Origin: Myxococcota bacterium
Lineage (GTDB): Bacteria; Myxococcota; Myxococcia; Myxococcales; Myxococcaceae
Assembly (NCBI GenBank): GCA_049322255.1
Contig: JBMORE010000135.1
Coordinates: 1-64,000, forward strand
Reading direction: 5' to 3'
Length of the DNA stretch: 64,000 nt
The notes below the pieces were generated by a model. That model ran no database searches and was not told the DNA's origin. It saw only the letters and a program-made list of their open reading frames with translations. The position numbers and the translations under genes are program-made. Every line of letters starts with the position of its first letter. Positions within the stretch are counted from its first letter, which is position 1. Below, piece after piece: positions 1 through 9,857 of this stretch.

Positions 1-1
1 A

Positions 2-77
2 TGGCTCCCCGACGTGGACTCGAACCACGGACATGGTGATTAACAGTCACCCGCTCTACCAGCTGAGCTATCGGGGA
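2..77 (-). tRNA. tRNA-Asn (GTT)
   Basis: Reverse complement TCCCCGATAGCTCAGCTGGTAGAGCGGGTGACT-GTT-AATCACC...GGTTCGAGTCC...TCGGGGAGCCA: cloverleaf with encoded CCA. Confidence 0.95.
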
Positions 78-105
78 ATATGTGGGCGCGGGTATTTAGG
101 GGAGG

Positions 106-1263
106 GTGCCTACGGAGTCAACAAAGAGGTCGGCGGCTTTGTTGCGGCTGCGGGGAGTGCCGTGGCACGCCTTGGACCATGCGGCGGCGCTCGAGGGCAT
201 CGCTGCGGCGCTCGCGGGTCGGCCTGCCGAGCGCGTCGTCGACCGGGTGCTGCGCCAACACAGAGGGCTGTCGTCACAAGCTCGAACTGCGGTGGTCGAG
301 GCGGTCTACGGTGTGGCTCTCTGGCGTCGACGGCTCGACCCGGCGGGCGCGAAAGGCCCTCGGGAGCTGCTCTCGTCACTCCTCGGGCTCGCTGACGGCG
401 GCGAAGCGCCCGAAGACTTCGGGGTGCGCCACTCGCTCCCACCTTGGCTGGCCGAGCTGACGCTTCGAGAATTCGGCCGTGACGCCGATGCCTTTGCCGA
501 CGCGCTCAACCTGCCCGGCCCCATTTGCCTGCGCGCCAACGGTCTGAAGACTTCGCGCGACAGGCTCGCCACCCGTCTGCGTGACGAGGGAGTGACGACC
601 CGACCGGGCCTGATGGCTCCCCACTGCCTCGTGGTCGAGGGTCCTCGGCCCAACCTCCTGCCGCTCGCGTCCTTCCGCGACGGCTGGTTCGAGGTGCAGG
701 ACGAGGGGAGTCAGCTCTTGGGCACGCTCGTCGAGGCGCGCCCGGGCGATTCGGTGCTCGACCTGTGCGCTGGCGCAGGCGGAAAGTCGCTGCTCCTCGC
801 GGCGGACATGAAAAATCGCGGCGAGCTCCATGTCTTCGACGTCGACCACGAACGGCTCGAGCGTTTGCGCCAACGCGCGTTTCGCGCGGGGGTCTTATGC
901 CTGCGAATTCACCACGCGCTCCCCGAAGAGCTCCTCGTCGACAGAGTGCTGGTCGACTCGCCGTGCTCCGAGCTGGGAGCTCTCCGCCGCGGTCCTGACG
1001 CGCGCTTCCGCATCCATCCCGGGGGTTTCGCTACCTTGCCAGCCCTCCAGCGCCAGCTGCTCGAGACGGCGCTGCGTCACCTGCGCCCTGGCGGCCGTCT
1101 GGTCTACGCGACCTGCACCTTTCGCCGCGAAGAGAACGAAGAGGTTGCCCAAGACTTCGAGCGTGCGCACCCAGAGGTACGGCGCGCGCAAGACTTCTTT
1201 CGCTGCGCTCCGCACTCCCACGGCACCGACGCCTTTTTCGCGGCGGTGTACGAACGAGCTTGA
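106..1263 (+). CDS. RsmB/NOP (Fmu/Sun) family RNA m5C methyltransferase
   Basis: FEVQDEGSQL, VLDLCAGAGGKS SAM motif, DSPCS and YATCT cysteine motifs. Confidence 0.9.
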   Translation: MPTESTKRSAALLRLRGVPWHALDHAAALEGIAAALAGRPAERVVDRVLRQHRGLSSQARTAVVEAVYGVALWRRRLDPAGAKGPRELLSSLLGLADGGEAPEDFGVRHSLPPWLAELTLREFGRDADAFADALNLPGPICLRANGLKTSRDRLATRLRDEGVTTRPGLMAPHCLVVEGPRPNLLPLASFRDGWFEVQDEGSQLLGTLVEARPGDSVLDLCAGAGGKSLLLAADMKNRGELHVFDVDHERLERLRQRAFRAGVLCLRIHHALPEELLVDRVLVDSPCSELGALRRGPDARFRIHPGGFATLPALQRQLLETALRHLRPGGRLVYATCTFRREENEEVAQDFERAHPEVRRAQDFFRCAPHSHGTDAFFAAVYERA

Positions 1264-1265
1264 CT

Positions 1266-1877
1266 TCAACGGGAAGGGTACTGGCGCCGAAGCTCCTCGA
1301 TGTCGCGCGCGGCCCGGTCGATCGTTTCCTGGCGCGTCCGCTGCTGCATTCGCCTGGCGTTGAAGCATCCGTACAGCCAGACGAGCACGATGGCGAGGAC
1401 GCCCAGGCTCGAGTACGCCAGCGTGCGCAAGGGACCATTCTTCAACTGCTCGGGCGACCAGCCCCGGTCGCGCGCCCCGACCACCAGAATGGGTTGCCGC
1501 TCATCCTGAATCCGGCGCCAGGTCATCGCCACCGCCTCGGCACGGCGGCGCAGCTCCGTGGGCTGTCGTAGGCGCCGTCCCTCATACCGCCAGTTCAGCT
1601 GCTCGAGCTGCTCATGAAGCTCTTTCACCTGCGGCATCAAGCGCGCGGCTTCGAGCAGCTCGGTGTACGCGAGGTCGAGCTCCTCCTTCGGAACGGACAC
1701 GTCCCGGTCGGGGCCGAGCAACTCCCAGGCGGCTTCGTAGTGCTGCGCGGCCTGGTACTCCGGAGAGCGCCAGTAAGCGATGGCGATGTACCCGAAGACC
1801 CCGAGCCCGTAGACGCCGAGGGCGACGCCCAGTCCCAATACCCCCGGCAGGCGGACGATGTCCACGTGCGTCAGCAT
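1266..1877 (-). CDS. Hypothetical membrane protein (two hydrophobic segments flanking a helical domain)
   Basis: 203-aa ORF filling the gap; N- and C-terminal TM-like stretches. Confidence 0.6.
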   Translation of the reverse strand: MLTHVDIVRLPGVLGLGVALGVYGLGVFGYIAIAYWRSPEYQAAQHYEAAWELLGPDRDVSVPKEELDLAYTELLEAARLMPQVKELHEQLEQLNWRYEGRRLRQPTELRRRAEAVAMTWRRIQDERQPILVVGARDRGWSPEQLKNGPLRTLAYSSLGVLAIVLVWLYGCFNARRMQQRTRQETIDRAARDIEELRRQYPSR

Positions 1878-1911
1878 AGGGCGCTCTTCGGCCCGGTGCT
1901 ATGAAGCCCAG

Positions 1912-2805
1912 GTGTCCTTTGCCCGGCCCCCAGCGCTTCGCCCCGGCGACACGGTAGCGGTCATCGCTCCTGCGGGTCCGTTCGACCGCGCCAGCTTCGA
2001 TGCCGGTCTGGGGCTGCTCTCCGCGCGTTACCGGCCCGTCTACGATGAAGGGCTCTTCTCCCAGGAGCGCTACCTCGCCGGGGACGACGACCGGCGCCTA
2101 CGCGAGCTTCACCGCGCGCTCACCGATGATTCGACACGGGGCATCTTCGTCGCCCGCGGTGGTTACGGGAGCATGCGGCTTCTGCGCAAGCTCTCGCTCC
2201 CGGCGCGGCCGAGGGTGCTGGTGGGGTTCTCGGACATCACCGCGCTGCACGGCGCTCTGCAGACCAGCGGGTGGATGAGCGTTCACGGGCCGGTGCTCAC
2301 CCAGCTGGGTAAACAACCTCCAGAGGTCGCGCAGCGTCTCTTCTCCCTCGTGGAGTCCGGGCAGGCGCCCGTGCTCTTGGGTGGCCGCTCGCTCATCGCC
2401 GGCATCGCCGAGGGACCGCTCGTGGGTGGGAACCTCTCGGTCCTCACCCGGCTGGTGGGAACTCCGTTCATGCCCCCGCTTCAGGGCGCGGTGTTGCTCC
2501 TCGAAGACGTCGGCGAGCGGCCCTACCGGCTGGACCGGATGTGGACCCACCTGGCGCTTGCGGGGGTCTTCGACCAGGTGGCCGGCATCGCCCTCGGCGA
2601 TTTCACCGGCTGCGAAGAGCAGGGCGCCGACTACCGGTCCGACGACGTGCTACGCGCGCTGGCTGAACAGACCGGCTTGCCCTGCGCCGCCGGGTTTGGC
2701 ATCGGCCACGGCGAGGTGAACCAACCGGTGCCGCTCGGCTGCCGCGTTCGGCTCGACGCCCGCGCGGGCACCCTCGAGCCCCTCGAGCCAGCGGTGGAGG
2801 TTTAG
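1912..2805 (+). CDS. ldcA: LD-carboxypeptidase (peptidase S66)
   Basis: RPGDTVAVIAPAG, ARGGYGS, VGFSDIT, GGNLS, LLLEDVGE, GIGH motifs; GTG 1912 chosen over the ORF-track start 1858. Confidence 0.88.
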   Translation: MSFARPPALRPGDTVAVIAPAGPFDRASFDAGLGLLSARYRPVYDEGLFSQERYLAGDDDRRLRELHRALTDDSTRGIFVARGGYGSMRLLRKLSLPARPRVLVGFSDITALHGALQTSGWMSVHGPVLTQLGKQPPEVAQRLFSLVESGQAPVLLGGRSLIAGIAEGPLVGGNLSVLTRLVGTPFMPPLQGAVLLLEDVGERPYRLDRMWTHLALAGVFDQVAGIALGDFTGCEEQGADYRSDDVLRALAEQTGLPCAAGFGIGHGEVNQPVPLGCRVRLDARAGTLEPLEPAVEV

Positions 2806-3903
2806 GTGAGCCGGCTGCAAGCGCTCCTCGACGAGGGAGTGGCCCAAGGGGCTTTCCCGATGGCGCGCGCGGTGGTGTTGCTTCGCGGCGAGAAGGTCTT
2901 CGACGGCGGAGCGGGAGGCGCCGGTGTGGACACGGTGTTCGACCTCGCCTCGCTCACCAAGGTGATGGCGACCACCGCTGTGTTCCTCTCGTTGTGGGCG
3001 CAAGGCCGCCTCACCCCGGAGACGCCGGGCACGCCGACGTCGGCGACGCTGGCCGATTTCCTCTTCCATCGCTCCGGGCTTCCCGCCTTCCGCCCGTTCT
3101 TCGCGCCGGTGATGGAGCGCTTTCCCCGCCTCTTCGAAGACACCTGTCCTCCCACCGTGCGGGAGGAAGCGCGGCGCGAGGTGGTGCGGCAGGCGTGGGC
3201 AACCGCTCCGGAGCTCCCGCCCGGTGCCGCCGCGGTCTACAGCGACGTGGGCTTCATTCTCTTGGGGGACGTGCTCGAGCGCACCGCGAGCTGCGCGCTC
3301 GATGAGCTCTTCGCACAGCGAGTGGCCGGGCCGTTGGAGCTCTCGGCGCGGTTTCGCCGGCTCTCCACCCAGCCTGCACTCCCTACGAGCTTGGCGCCCT
3401 CGGGCACGACGCGGCCCCGCGAACCGGCTCCCGGGCAAGAGGGTCTGTGGGACATCGAGGCTCGTCCCTCGCACCCGGGTGAGGTGGACGACGACAACGC
3501 TTGGGCGATGGACGGAGTGGCCGGCCACGCGGGTCTGTTCGGCACCGCCGCTGACGTGGCGCGCTTTGGTCAAGCGGTGCTCGCCGACACCTCCATCGCT
3601 CCGCGCGCCAAGTGGGAGGCGCTTTTCCGCCGCGACCCCACCACGCCGGGGAGCACACGAGCGATGGGCTTCGATACGCCCTCCGACGAGGGTTCCTCCG
3701 CCGGCCACCGCCTGGGCCGCCGCGCACCGGGAGCGGTCGGTCACTTGGGCTTCACCGGCACCAGCCTGTGGGTCGACCGGGCGCGCGAGCTGGTGGTGGC
3801 GCTCCTCACCAACCGCACCGCGCTCGGCCGGCACCGACTTCTCATTCGCGAATTTCGCCCTCGCTTCCACGACGCTGTCTTCGACGAGTTTTCCCTCGAC
3901 TAA
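2806..3903 (+). CDS. Serine hydrolase, beta-lactamase/AmpC-like family
   Basis: FDLASLTK (SxxK), YSDVGF, GHAGLFGT, GHLGFTG motifs. Confidence 0.88.
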   Translation: MSRLQALLDEGVAQGAFPMARAVVLLRGEKVFDGGAGGAGVDTVFDLASLTKVMATTAVFLSLWAQGRLTPETPGTPTSATLADFLFHRSGLPAFRPFFAPVMERFPRLFEDTCPPTVREEARREVVRQAWATAPELPPGAAAVYSDVGFILLGDVLERTASCALDELFAQRVAGPLELSARFRRLSTQPALPTSLAPSGTTRPREPAPGQEGLWDIEARPSHPGEVDDDNAWAMDGVAGHAGLFGTAADVARFGQAVLADTSIAPRAKWEALFRRDPTTPGSTRAMGFDTPSDEGSSAGHRLGRRAPGAVGHLGFTGTSLWVDRARELVVALLTNRTALGRHRLLIREFRPRFHDAVFDEFSLD

Positions 3904-3908
3904 AAACC

Positions 3909-5375
3909 ATGGCCGACGACCACGGAAACGTCCTTTCCACCCTTGACCCCGCATCTGTTCGCCGCATCCACCTGGTGGGCGTGGCAGGCACCGGGATGGG
4001 CTCCTTCGCCGGCATGCTCAAGGCGGCCGGCTACGAGGTGACCGGCAGCGACGAGAACGTCTACCCGCCGATGAGCGACATGCTGAAGGCGTGGGGAATT
4101 TCGGCGCTCACCCCGTACCGGCCGGAGAACCTCGACGCCGCCCGCCCTGACCTGGTCATCACCGGCAACGTCATTCGGCGGGTGAACCCCGAGGCTGCCG
4201 CGGTGCGCGAGCGGGGCCTTCGGCAGATGAGCTTCCCCGCTGCGCTGGGCACGTTCTTCCTCGAGCAACGGCACTCGGTGGTGGTGGCGGGCACCCACGG
4301 AAAGACCACCACCTCGGCGCTGATGGGCCACGTGCTCGTGAGCGCGGGAAGGGACCCGAGCTTTCTCGTCGGGGGCGTGACGTTGAACTACTCCGGCAAC
4401 TACCGGCTGGGAAACGGGCCACACTTCGTCGTCGAAGGTGACGAGTACGACACCGCCTACTTCGACAAGGGGCCCAAGTTCCTCCACTACCGGCCGAAGA
4501 CGGTCATCCTCACCAGCGTCGAATTCGACCACGCCGACATCTACCGGGACCTGGCGCACTACGAGTCGGCGTTCGAGAAGCTCATCGGCTTGGTGCCTTC
4601 CGAGGGCTTGCTGGCGGTGAGCGCGGCATACCCCAACGCGGTGACGGCGGCGAAGCGGGGAGCGGGGCGCGTGATGACCTATTCAGGTGCGGAAGGAGCG
4701 GCGGACTACGCTCCGCGCCGCTTGCGCTTCGGCCCCAAGGGCGCCCGCTTCGAGGTGCTGGAAACGGGGCGCTCGCTGGGAGAGGTGCTCTTGCCGCTGG
4801 GCGGAGCGCACAACGTGGAGAACGCGCTCGGGGTGTACGCGGCGGCGCGCGGGCTGGGGTTGACGCCGGACGAGCTGTCCGCCGGCTTCGCGTCGTTTCG
4901 GGGCGTCAAACGGCGGCAAGAGCCTCGCGCCGAGGTGGGCGGAGTGCTGGTCATCGACGACTTCGCCCACCACCCGACCGCGGTGCGCGAAACCATCGCC
5001 GCCATTCGAGGCCGCTACCCCTCGCGCCGGCTGTGGGCGGTGTTCGAGCCGAGATCGAACACCAGCCGCCGCAACATCCATCAACAGGAGTACGCGCGCG
5101 CTTTCACCGGCGCCGCGCTGGCGAGCCTCAAGATTCCCGAGCGCCACGACAAAGTGCCTGCGGGAGAAGAGCTCGACGTGGGCAAAGTGGCCGAGGCTTT
5201 GCGCAGCCAGGGAATTGAAGCGCACGCCGAAAGCGAGGTGCGCGCACTGGTGGAGCAGGTGGCGAAGGGTGCCCGGGCCGACGACGTCGTCCTGGTGATG
5301 AGCAACGGCGCCTTCGGTGGTTTCATCGACAAGCTCATCGAGGCGCTTCGACGCCGCGCTGGAGAGTCGACATGA
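3909..5375 (+). CDS. mpl: Murein peptide ligase (Mpl)
   Basis: IHLVGVAGTGMG, GSDENVYPPMS, AGTHGKTTT, EGDEYDTAYFDK, DDFAHHPTA, FEPRSNT; ATG at 3909. Confidence 0.92.
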   Translation: MADDHGNVLSTLDPASVRRIHLVGVAGTGMGSFAGMLKAAGYEVTGSDENVYPPMSDMLKAWGISALTPYRPENLDAARPDLVITGNVIRRVNPEAAAVRERGLRQMSFPAALGTFFLEQRHSVVVAGTHGKTTTSALMGHVLVSAGRDPSFLVGGVTLNYSGNYRLGNGPHFVVEGDEYDTAYFDKGPKFLHYRPKTVILTSVEFDHADIYRDLAHYESAFEKLIGLVPSEGLLAVSAAYPNAVTAAKRGAGRVMTYSGAEGAADYAPRRLRFGPKGARFEVLETGRSLGEVLLPLGGAHNVENALGVYAAARGLGLTPDELSAGFASFRGVKRRQEPRAEVGGVLVIDDFAHHPTAVRETIAAIRGRYPSRRLWAVFEPRSNTSRRNIHQQEYARAFTGAALASLKIPERHDKVPAGEELDVGKVAEALRSQGIEAHAESEVRALVEQVAKGARADDVVLVMSNGAFGGFIDKLIEALRRRAGEST

Positions 5376-5896
5376 CCCGTATCGCCAAGCTGCTCGTCCT
5401 GCTCCTCGCGGCCTCCTGTGTGCGCCGCGAGCCGTTGCCGCCCTTGACCGGCCCGGCGATGCCCGCCGCGCCCTTGATCTTCCAGCTCCCCACCTACCCG
5501 GGCGGAGAGCTGCACGACCTCACCGCCGATCGCGGACAGGTGGTGTTGCTCGACGTGTGGGCGACGTGGTGTGAGCCGTGCAGAGATTCGCTGCCCCTCT
5601 ACGAACAGTTACTCAAGCACTACGGCGATCGCGGCTTTCGGGTGTACACCCTCAACGTCGATGAAGACCCGAGGCAGATCGCTCCCTTCGTCGAACAGAC
5701 CAAGCTCTCCCTCCCCATTCTCCTCGACCAGCGGGCCGCGGTCTCCGAGAGGATGTTGCGGGTGCGGGTGATGCCCAGCTCCTTCCTTCTCGACAAGAAG
5801 GGCGTGGTGCGCTTCGTCCATGAGGGCTTTGCGGAAGAGTTCCTCGCCCGATACCAGACGGAGATTGAAGAGCTGCTCGCCGAGCCGGCAGAGTAG
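5372..5896 (+). CDS. TlpA/ResA-like thiol-disulfide oxidoreductase lipoprotein
   Basis: Lipobox-like AASC; WATWCEPC active site. Confidence 0.88.
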   Translation: MTRIAKLLVLLLAASCVRREPLPPLTGPAMPAAPLIFQLPTYPGGELHDLTADRGQVVLLDVWATWCEPCRDSLPLYEQLLKHYGDRGFRVYTLNVDEDPRQIAPFVEQTKLSLPILLDQRAAVSERMLRVRVMPSSFLLDKKGVVRFVHEGFAEEFLARYQTEIEELLAEPAE

Positions 5897-5908
5897 TTTA
5901 TTTCGGCG

Positions 5909-6769
5909 ATGCCCAAGCCCACGCCCGCCGAGCTTTTGGCCGCCGTCACCGAGGCCGCGCGCCTTGCGGGTCGCATTCTTTCCGAGCGCTTCACCCAAGC
6001 GCGCACCATCGAGCTCAAGGGGGAGATCGATCTGGTCACCGACGCCGACAAGGCGAGCGAGGAGGTGCTTTTACGCTTCATTCACGCGCGCTATCCCGAC
6101 CACGGGGTGCTCGCCGAGGAGAGCGGTCTATCCGTTGCCGCGGGGCCTTACCGCTGGCTCGTCGACCCGCTGGATGGCACCACCAACTATGCGCACCGGG
6201 TGCCCCATTTTTGTGTGAGCGTGGCGGTGGAGGGGCCCTCGGGGTTGGTCGCCGCCGCGGTGCTCGACCCGCTCCGCGACGAGCTCTTCGCCGCCGGCCG
6301 AGGGCTGGGCGCCACCTTGAACGGCCAGCCGATTCGGCCCAGCGGTGCAGCGGGCCTCGACCGGGCGCTCTTGTGCACCGGGTTTCCCTACGACATCCAG
6401 GTGCGTCCCGAGGCGCCGTTGGGGTTGTTCAACCACTTCATTCGCCGGGCGCAGGGAGTTCGGCGCATGGGCAGCGCGGCGCTCGACTTGGCTTACGTCG
6501 CCAGCGGCCGCTTCGACGGGTTTTTCGAGTTCGGGCTCCAAGCGTGGGACATCGCTGCGGGAGCGCTCCTGGTCGAGGAGGCGGGCGGGGTGATGCGGCA
6601 GATTGACGGCGCCGTGCTCGATCTGCGCAGAGGCGACGTGCTGGCTGCCGCGCCTGGGCTCTCCGAGGAGCTGATCGACGAGTGCCGGGAATTCTTGAAG
6701 GAGATCGGGTGGAGATTGCGCCCCTCACCCCAACCCTCTCCCAGAGGGAGAGGGGGTACGTCGTCCTAA
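5909..6769 (+). CDS. suhB: Inositol monophosphatase family protein
   Basis: [41 protein letters not shown]-terminus reads through a REP-like repeat. Confidence 0.92.
   Translation: MPKPTPAELLAAVTEAARLAGRILSERFTQARTIELKGEIDLVTDADKASEEVLLRFIHARYPDHGVLAEESGLSVAAGPYRWLVDPLDGTTNYAHRVPHFCVSVAVEGPSGLVAAAVLDPLRDELFAAGRGLGATLNGQPIRPSGAAGLDRALLCTGFPYDIQVRPEAPLGLFNHFIRRAQGVRRMGSAALDLAYVASGRFDGFFEFGLQAWDIAAGALLVEEAGGVMRQIDGAVLDLRRGDVLAAAPGLSEELIDECREFLKEIGWRLRPSPQPSPRGRGGTSS
6721..6756 (+). repeat. REP-like palindromic repeat copy 1 (inside suhB 3' end)
   Basis: CCCCTCACCCCAACCCTCTCCC-AGA-GGGAGAGGGGG; related copies at 27147, 28547, 31974. Confidence 0.85.
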
Positions 6770-7383
6770 AAGAAGCTCTCGGGGACGTAGACGATGTCCC
6801 CCGGCTGCAGGGTGAAGTTTTTCTCTCGTCCGACGCCGATGTCCTGGGCGGCGATGCGAATCTTCTGCTCCACCCCGTCGATGATCCGCGTCACATTGAG
6901 GTTGTTCTTCGACGCCAGCTTGGTGAAACCGCCGGCCAGGGTCACCGCCTGGATGATGGTCATGTTCTCTTCGTAGGGGAAGGTGCCCGGCTTTTGCACC
7001 TCTCCGAAGATGAAGACTTTCTTCGAGTTGTACTCGCGGATCAGCACCGACACCTGCGGCCGCTTCAAAAAGCCGTTGGCCAGGCAGTGGGTGAGCGCAT
7101 CCGCCGCCTGGCTGGAGGTCATGCCGCTGATGGGCACCTTGCCGCACAAGGGGAAGTCGATCGTCCCTTCCGGTGAGACGCGGTAGGCGTTGGAGAGGTC
7201 CGGCTCCTGAAAGACGCGCACCTCCACCAGGTCGCCGGTGCCCAAGGTGCTCGCCTGGATGGTGGCGGTCCGCTTGGCGGCCTCTTCCGCCGACAGCGTG
7301 GCCCCGCTTTCGTTGGGCTTGGGGTGCACGCAAGCGCCGGAAAGAGAAAGGAGCACGACGACGTGGGCGAGAGGCTTCTTCAT
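6766..7383 (-). CDS. wza: Short Wza/OPX polysaccharide export lipoprotein (WzaB-like)
   Basis: Lipobox [54 protein letters not shown]; only 205 aa, no C-terminal OM helix. Confidence 0.88.
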   Translation of the reverse strand: MKKPLAHVVVLLSLSGACVHPKPNESGATLSAEEAAKRTATIQASTLGTGDLVEVRVFQEPDLSNAYRVSPEGTIDFPLCGKVPISGMTSSQAADALTHCLANGFLKRPQVSVLIREYNSKKVFIFGEVQKPGTFPYEENMTIIQAVTLAGGFTKLASKNNLNVTRIIDGVEQKIRIAAQDIGVGREKNFTLQPGDIVYVPESFF

Positions 7384-7395
7384 CGGCCAAGAAGG

Positions 7396-8646
7396 CTAGT
7401 ACGTCAGGGTGACCCGAGCGTAGCCCTCATGGCGAACGAAGTTGATCGCCTGGTTCGGGTCGCTCGAATCCCTATACGACAGCACGTACCCCAAGGCGCC
7501 AATCAGCCAAGGGGTGAACTGGTAGTCGGGCCCGACGTTGAGGGTGAGCAGCGTGTCGTTGCGCCCGGAGTTTCCGTAGAAGCTCAGGTAGTCGAACCCG
7601 GCGTAAGCGTGCAAGGTGAGCCGCCCGCCAAGCAGCGCGCGCGCGTCGAGGTACACGCGGTCGTCGCCAAACGTCCCGAAGACCGGCACCGGCTCCAAGG
7701 TGCGAAGGTAGCCGCCCTTGATGTTGGTGGTGTCCGAGAGCAAATAAGCGATTTCCAGATGGCCAATGGCCGTTCGCGCGCCGGAGGAGACGACGAAGTC
7801 GTGTGCATAGCCGGCGTTGGCCACCACCGCCACCTTGGCCGAGATGAGCCCGGAGAGGCCCGCGACCGCTTTGAGCAGCTGCACCGGAAGGTTGGAGCTC
7901 CCGGTGAAGGTCCGGGTGTCGAAGGTGGCGTTCACGTTCACTGCCGTCTTGGGCAAGAAGCGCCAGCGGGCGGCGAGGGCGAAGTTGAAGTTGTTGTAGT
8001 TCATCGCCGCGAGCGCGGCCGGATCGCAGCTGATGTCGCCCGGAGTGCACTGCGGAGTGGCCAAGGGGGAGATGGGCTCGAACAGCTCCAGGCCCCAGGC
8101 AGCGGAAGGGGAAATCTCCAACGCACCTCCCCCGGGGCGAATGGGGACGCCTACCCGCGCCTCGTTGTAGAGCGAGAGCACCCCGATGCCCGCCACCGGG
8201 TTGGTGGTCTGGTCGGAGCGTGTGAAGCGGTCGGCGAGGTCGAAGCCCACCGTCCCGTCCTTGTTGAACTGGGCGGACAAATCGCCGTAGCCCTGGAAGC
8301 GGGAGGCTCCGCTGGAGCTCTCGTTGACCAGCCCGGTGTACCAAACGTATTCGGCGGCGCCAGAGAGGTTGAAGGTGGTGGAGGGGGTGGAAAGCTCCAG
8401 CCGAAGTCCGGGCCGAGCGTAGAGAAGCCACTCCGGCGCAAGCACGGGGAAACCGCCGGGAACAGGAGGCGGACCATAGAAGCCGGCCGCGCTGTCGTAG
8501 CGCCACTCCAGCTCGACGAAGGGGTGCAGCCTTCCTTCGCCCACCTTGATGCCGTTGGGGCCGGCGGTCTGTGCGGAAGCGGGGCTCGAGGCGAGCGCCA
8601 CCCCTAGGAGCACGAGCCCCGCGGCGTTTTGAACGACCCACCTCAT
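7396..8646 (-). CDS. Outer-membrane beta-barrel partner of short OPX (Wzp/EpsX-like)
   Basis: Signal peptide, GIKVGEGRLHP start, amphipathic beta-strands, ends VTLTY; adjacent to wza. Confidence 0.75.
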   Translation of the reverse strand: MRWVVQNAAGLVLLGVALASSPASAQTAGPNGIKVGEGRLHPFVELEWRYDSAAGFYGPPPVPGGFPVLAPEWLLYARPGLRLELSTPSTTFNLSGAAEYVWYTGLVNESSSGASRFQGYGDLSAQFNKDGTVGFDLADRFTRSDQTTNPVAGIGVLSLYNEARVGVPIRPGGGALEISPSAAWGLELFEPISPLATPQCTPGDISCDPAALAAMNYNNFNFALAARWRFLPKTAVNVNATFDTRTFTGSSNLPVQLLKAVAGLSGLISAKVAVVANAGYAHDFVVSSGARTAIGHLEIAYLLSDTTNIKGGYLRTLEPVPVFGTFGDDRVYLDARALLGGRLTLHAYAGFDYLSFYGNSGRNDTLLTLNVGPDYQFTPWLIGALGYVLSYRDSSDPNQAINFVRHEGYARVTLTY

Positions 8647-8755
8647 ACTCGAGCGCTAGGGCCCCTCTCCCGCGTCGTGAATGCCGCGCCTCTTAGCACG
8701 CGACCGGCGACCACCTGAAGAAATTGATGAATTCACCGAAAATCAAAAAAGCATC

Positions 8756-9307
8756 TCAGAGAGTCGGGCTCGCCGGCGGCGGGCGGGTGCTCAGTTCGGG
8801 CGGAGGCGCGGGCCGGCTGGGGTCTCCCGCGGGCAGGCCCTCGGGAATCTCCACCTCCACCGAGACGGCCTCGTCGGTGCGGAAGGCGAGCTGGCCGATG
8901 CACTCCTCGGCCTCGGCGCGCAGCTGCTCCACCTTCTGCCGGGCGATGGTCACCTTGGTGTACTCATGCTCTGCGGAAGAAGACTCGCGCTTGGCGATTG
9001 ACTCCTGCATCGTCACGTCGGCCTGCTCCGAGATGCGCAGCAGGCCCTTGATTTGCGTGAGCTTCTCGTTCACGCAGTTGAGCTTGACCACGTCCTTGGT
9101 GTTGCGCGCCTCCTCCAGTTTCTGGAGCACTTCCTTGAGCACCTGGCGCATGCGAGCCAGGGCCTCGGCGGAGCGGCGAATCTTCTCCGGGTCGGAAACC
9201 TCGGCGGCCTTTTCCAGGGTCGGGGAGGGCCCGGGCGCCAGCGGCAAAGGCTCCTGCGCCCAACCGAGGGTGGACGCCAAAACGGCGATGAGACAACCAA
9301 TACGCAT
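8756..9307 (-). CDS. Secreted helical hypothetical protein
   Basis: Signal peptide MRIGCLIAVLASTLGWAQ, helical core with two Cys, Pro-rich tail. Confidence 0.75.
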   Translation of the reverse strand: MRIGCLIAVLASTLGWAQEPLPLAPGPSPTLEKAAEVSDPEKIRRSAEALARMRQVLKEVLQKLEEARNTKDVVKLNCVNEKLTQIKGLLRISEQADVTMQESIAKRESSSAEHEYTKVTIARQKVEQLRAEAEECIGQLAFRTDEAVSVEVEIPEGLPAGDPSRPAPPPELSTRPPPASPTL

Positions 9308-9401
9308 AGGCGTCCCTTTCAACCCCCGGCCCTTGTTGGAGTTTTTAGGACAAAAAGCACTGTAGGGGCGCGGCGTGGGACCTGTCAACGAAGCCCACGG
9401 C

Positions 9402-9848
9402 TCACAGCCGCGCGGCCAGCCGGGTATTGGCCTCCCGCAGCCGGGCGGAGAGCACCCGGGCGATGTTGATGACCACGAAAGTAAAGCCGTCGCGGTGCTG
9501 CTTGCGGAAGGTGGTGAGGTTCTCGGCGGTCAGGTGGAGCAGCTCGGCGTCGGAGCGGGCCCGTACGGTGGCCGAGCGGTACTCCTTGTCGATGAGGCTC
9601 ATCTCCCCGAAGAACTCGGGGGGGCCGAGGACGGCGATCACCTTTTGCTCCCCGGTGGCGTCGCGCCGCAGCACCTCCACTTCGCCCTGGGCGATGACGA
9701 ACAGGCTGTCGCCCAGCTCGCCCTCTTCGAAGACCAGCTGGCCGGAGCCGTAGCGGCGGGGGCGGGAGAGATCGGCGACGTACTCCAGCTCTTGGTTGGA
9801 GAGCATCTCGAACAAGGGCGACGTGGACAGGACCGCGACTTTCTCCAT
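9402..9848 (-). CDS. Stand-alone cyclic nucleotide-binding domain protein
   Basis: VFEEGELGDSLFVIAQGEV, FFGEMSLID, RSATVRA; no HTH. Confidence 0.88.
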   Translation of the reverse strand: MEKVAVLSTSPLFEMLSNQELEYVADLSRPRRYGSGQLVFEEGELGDSLFVIAQGEVEVLRRDATGEQKVIAVLGPPEFFGEMSLIDKEYRSATVRARSDAELLHLTAENLTTFRKQHRDGFTFVVINIARVLSARLREANTRLAARL

Positions 9849-9857
9849 GACCTCTCC

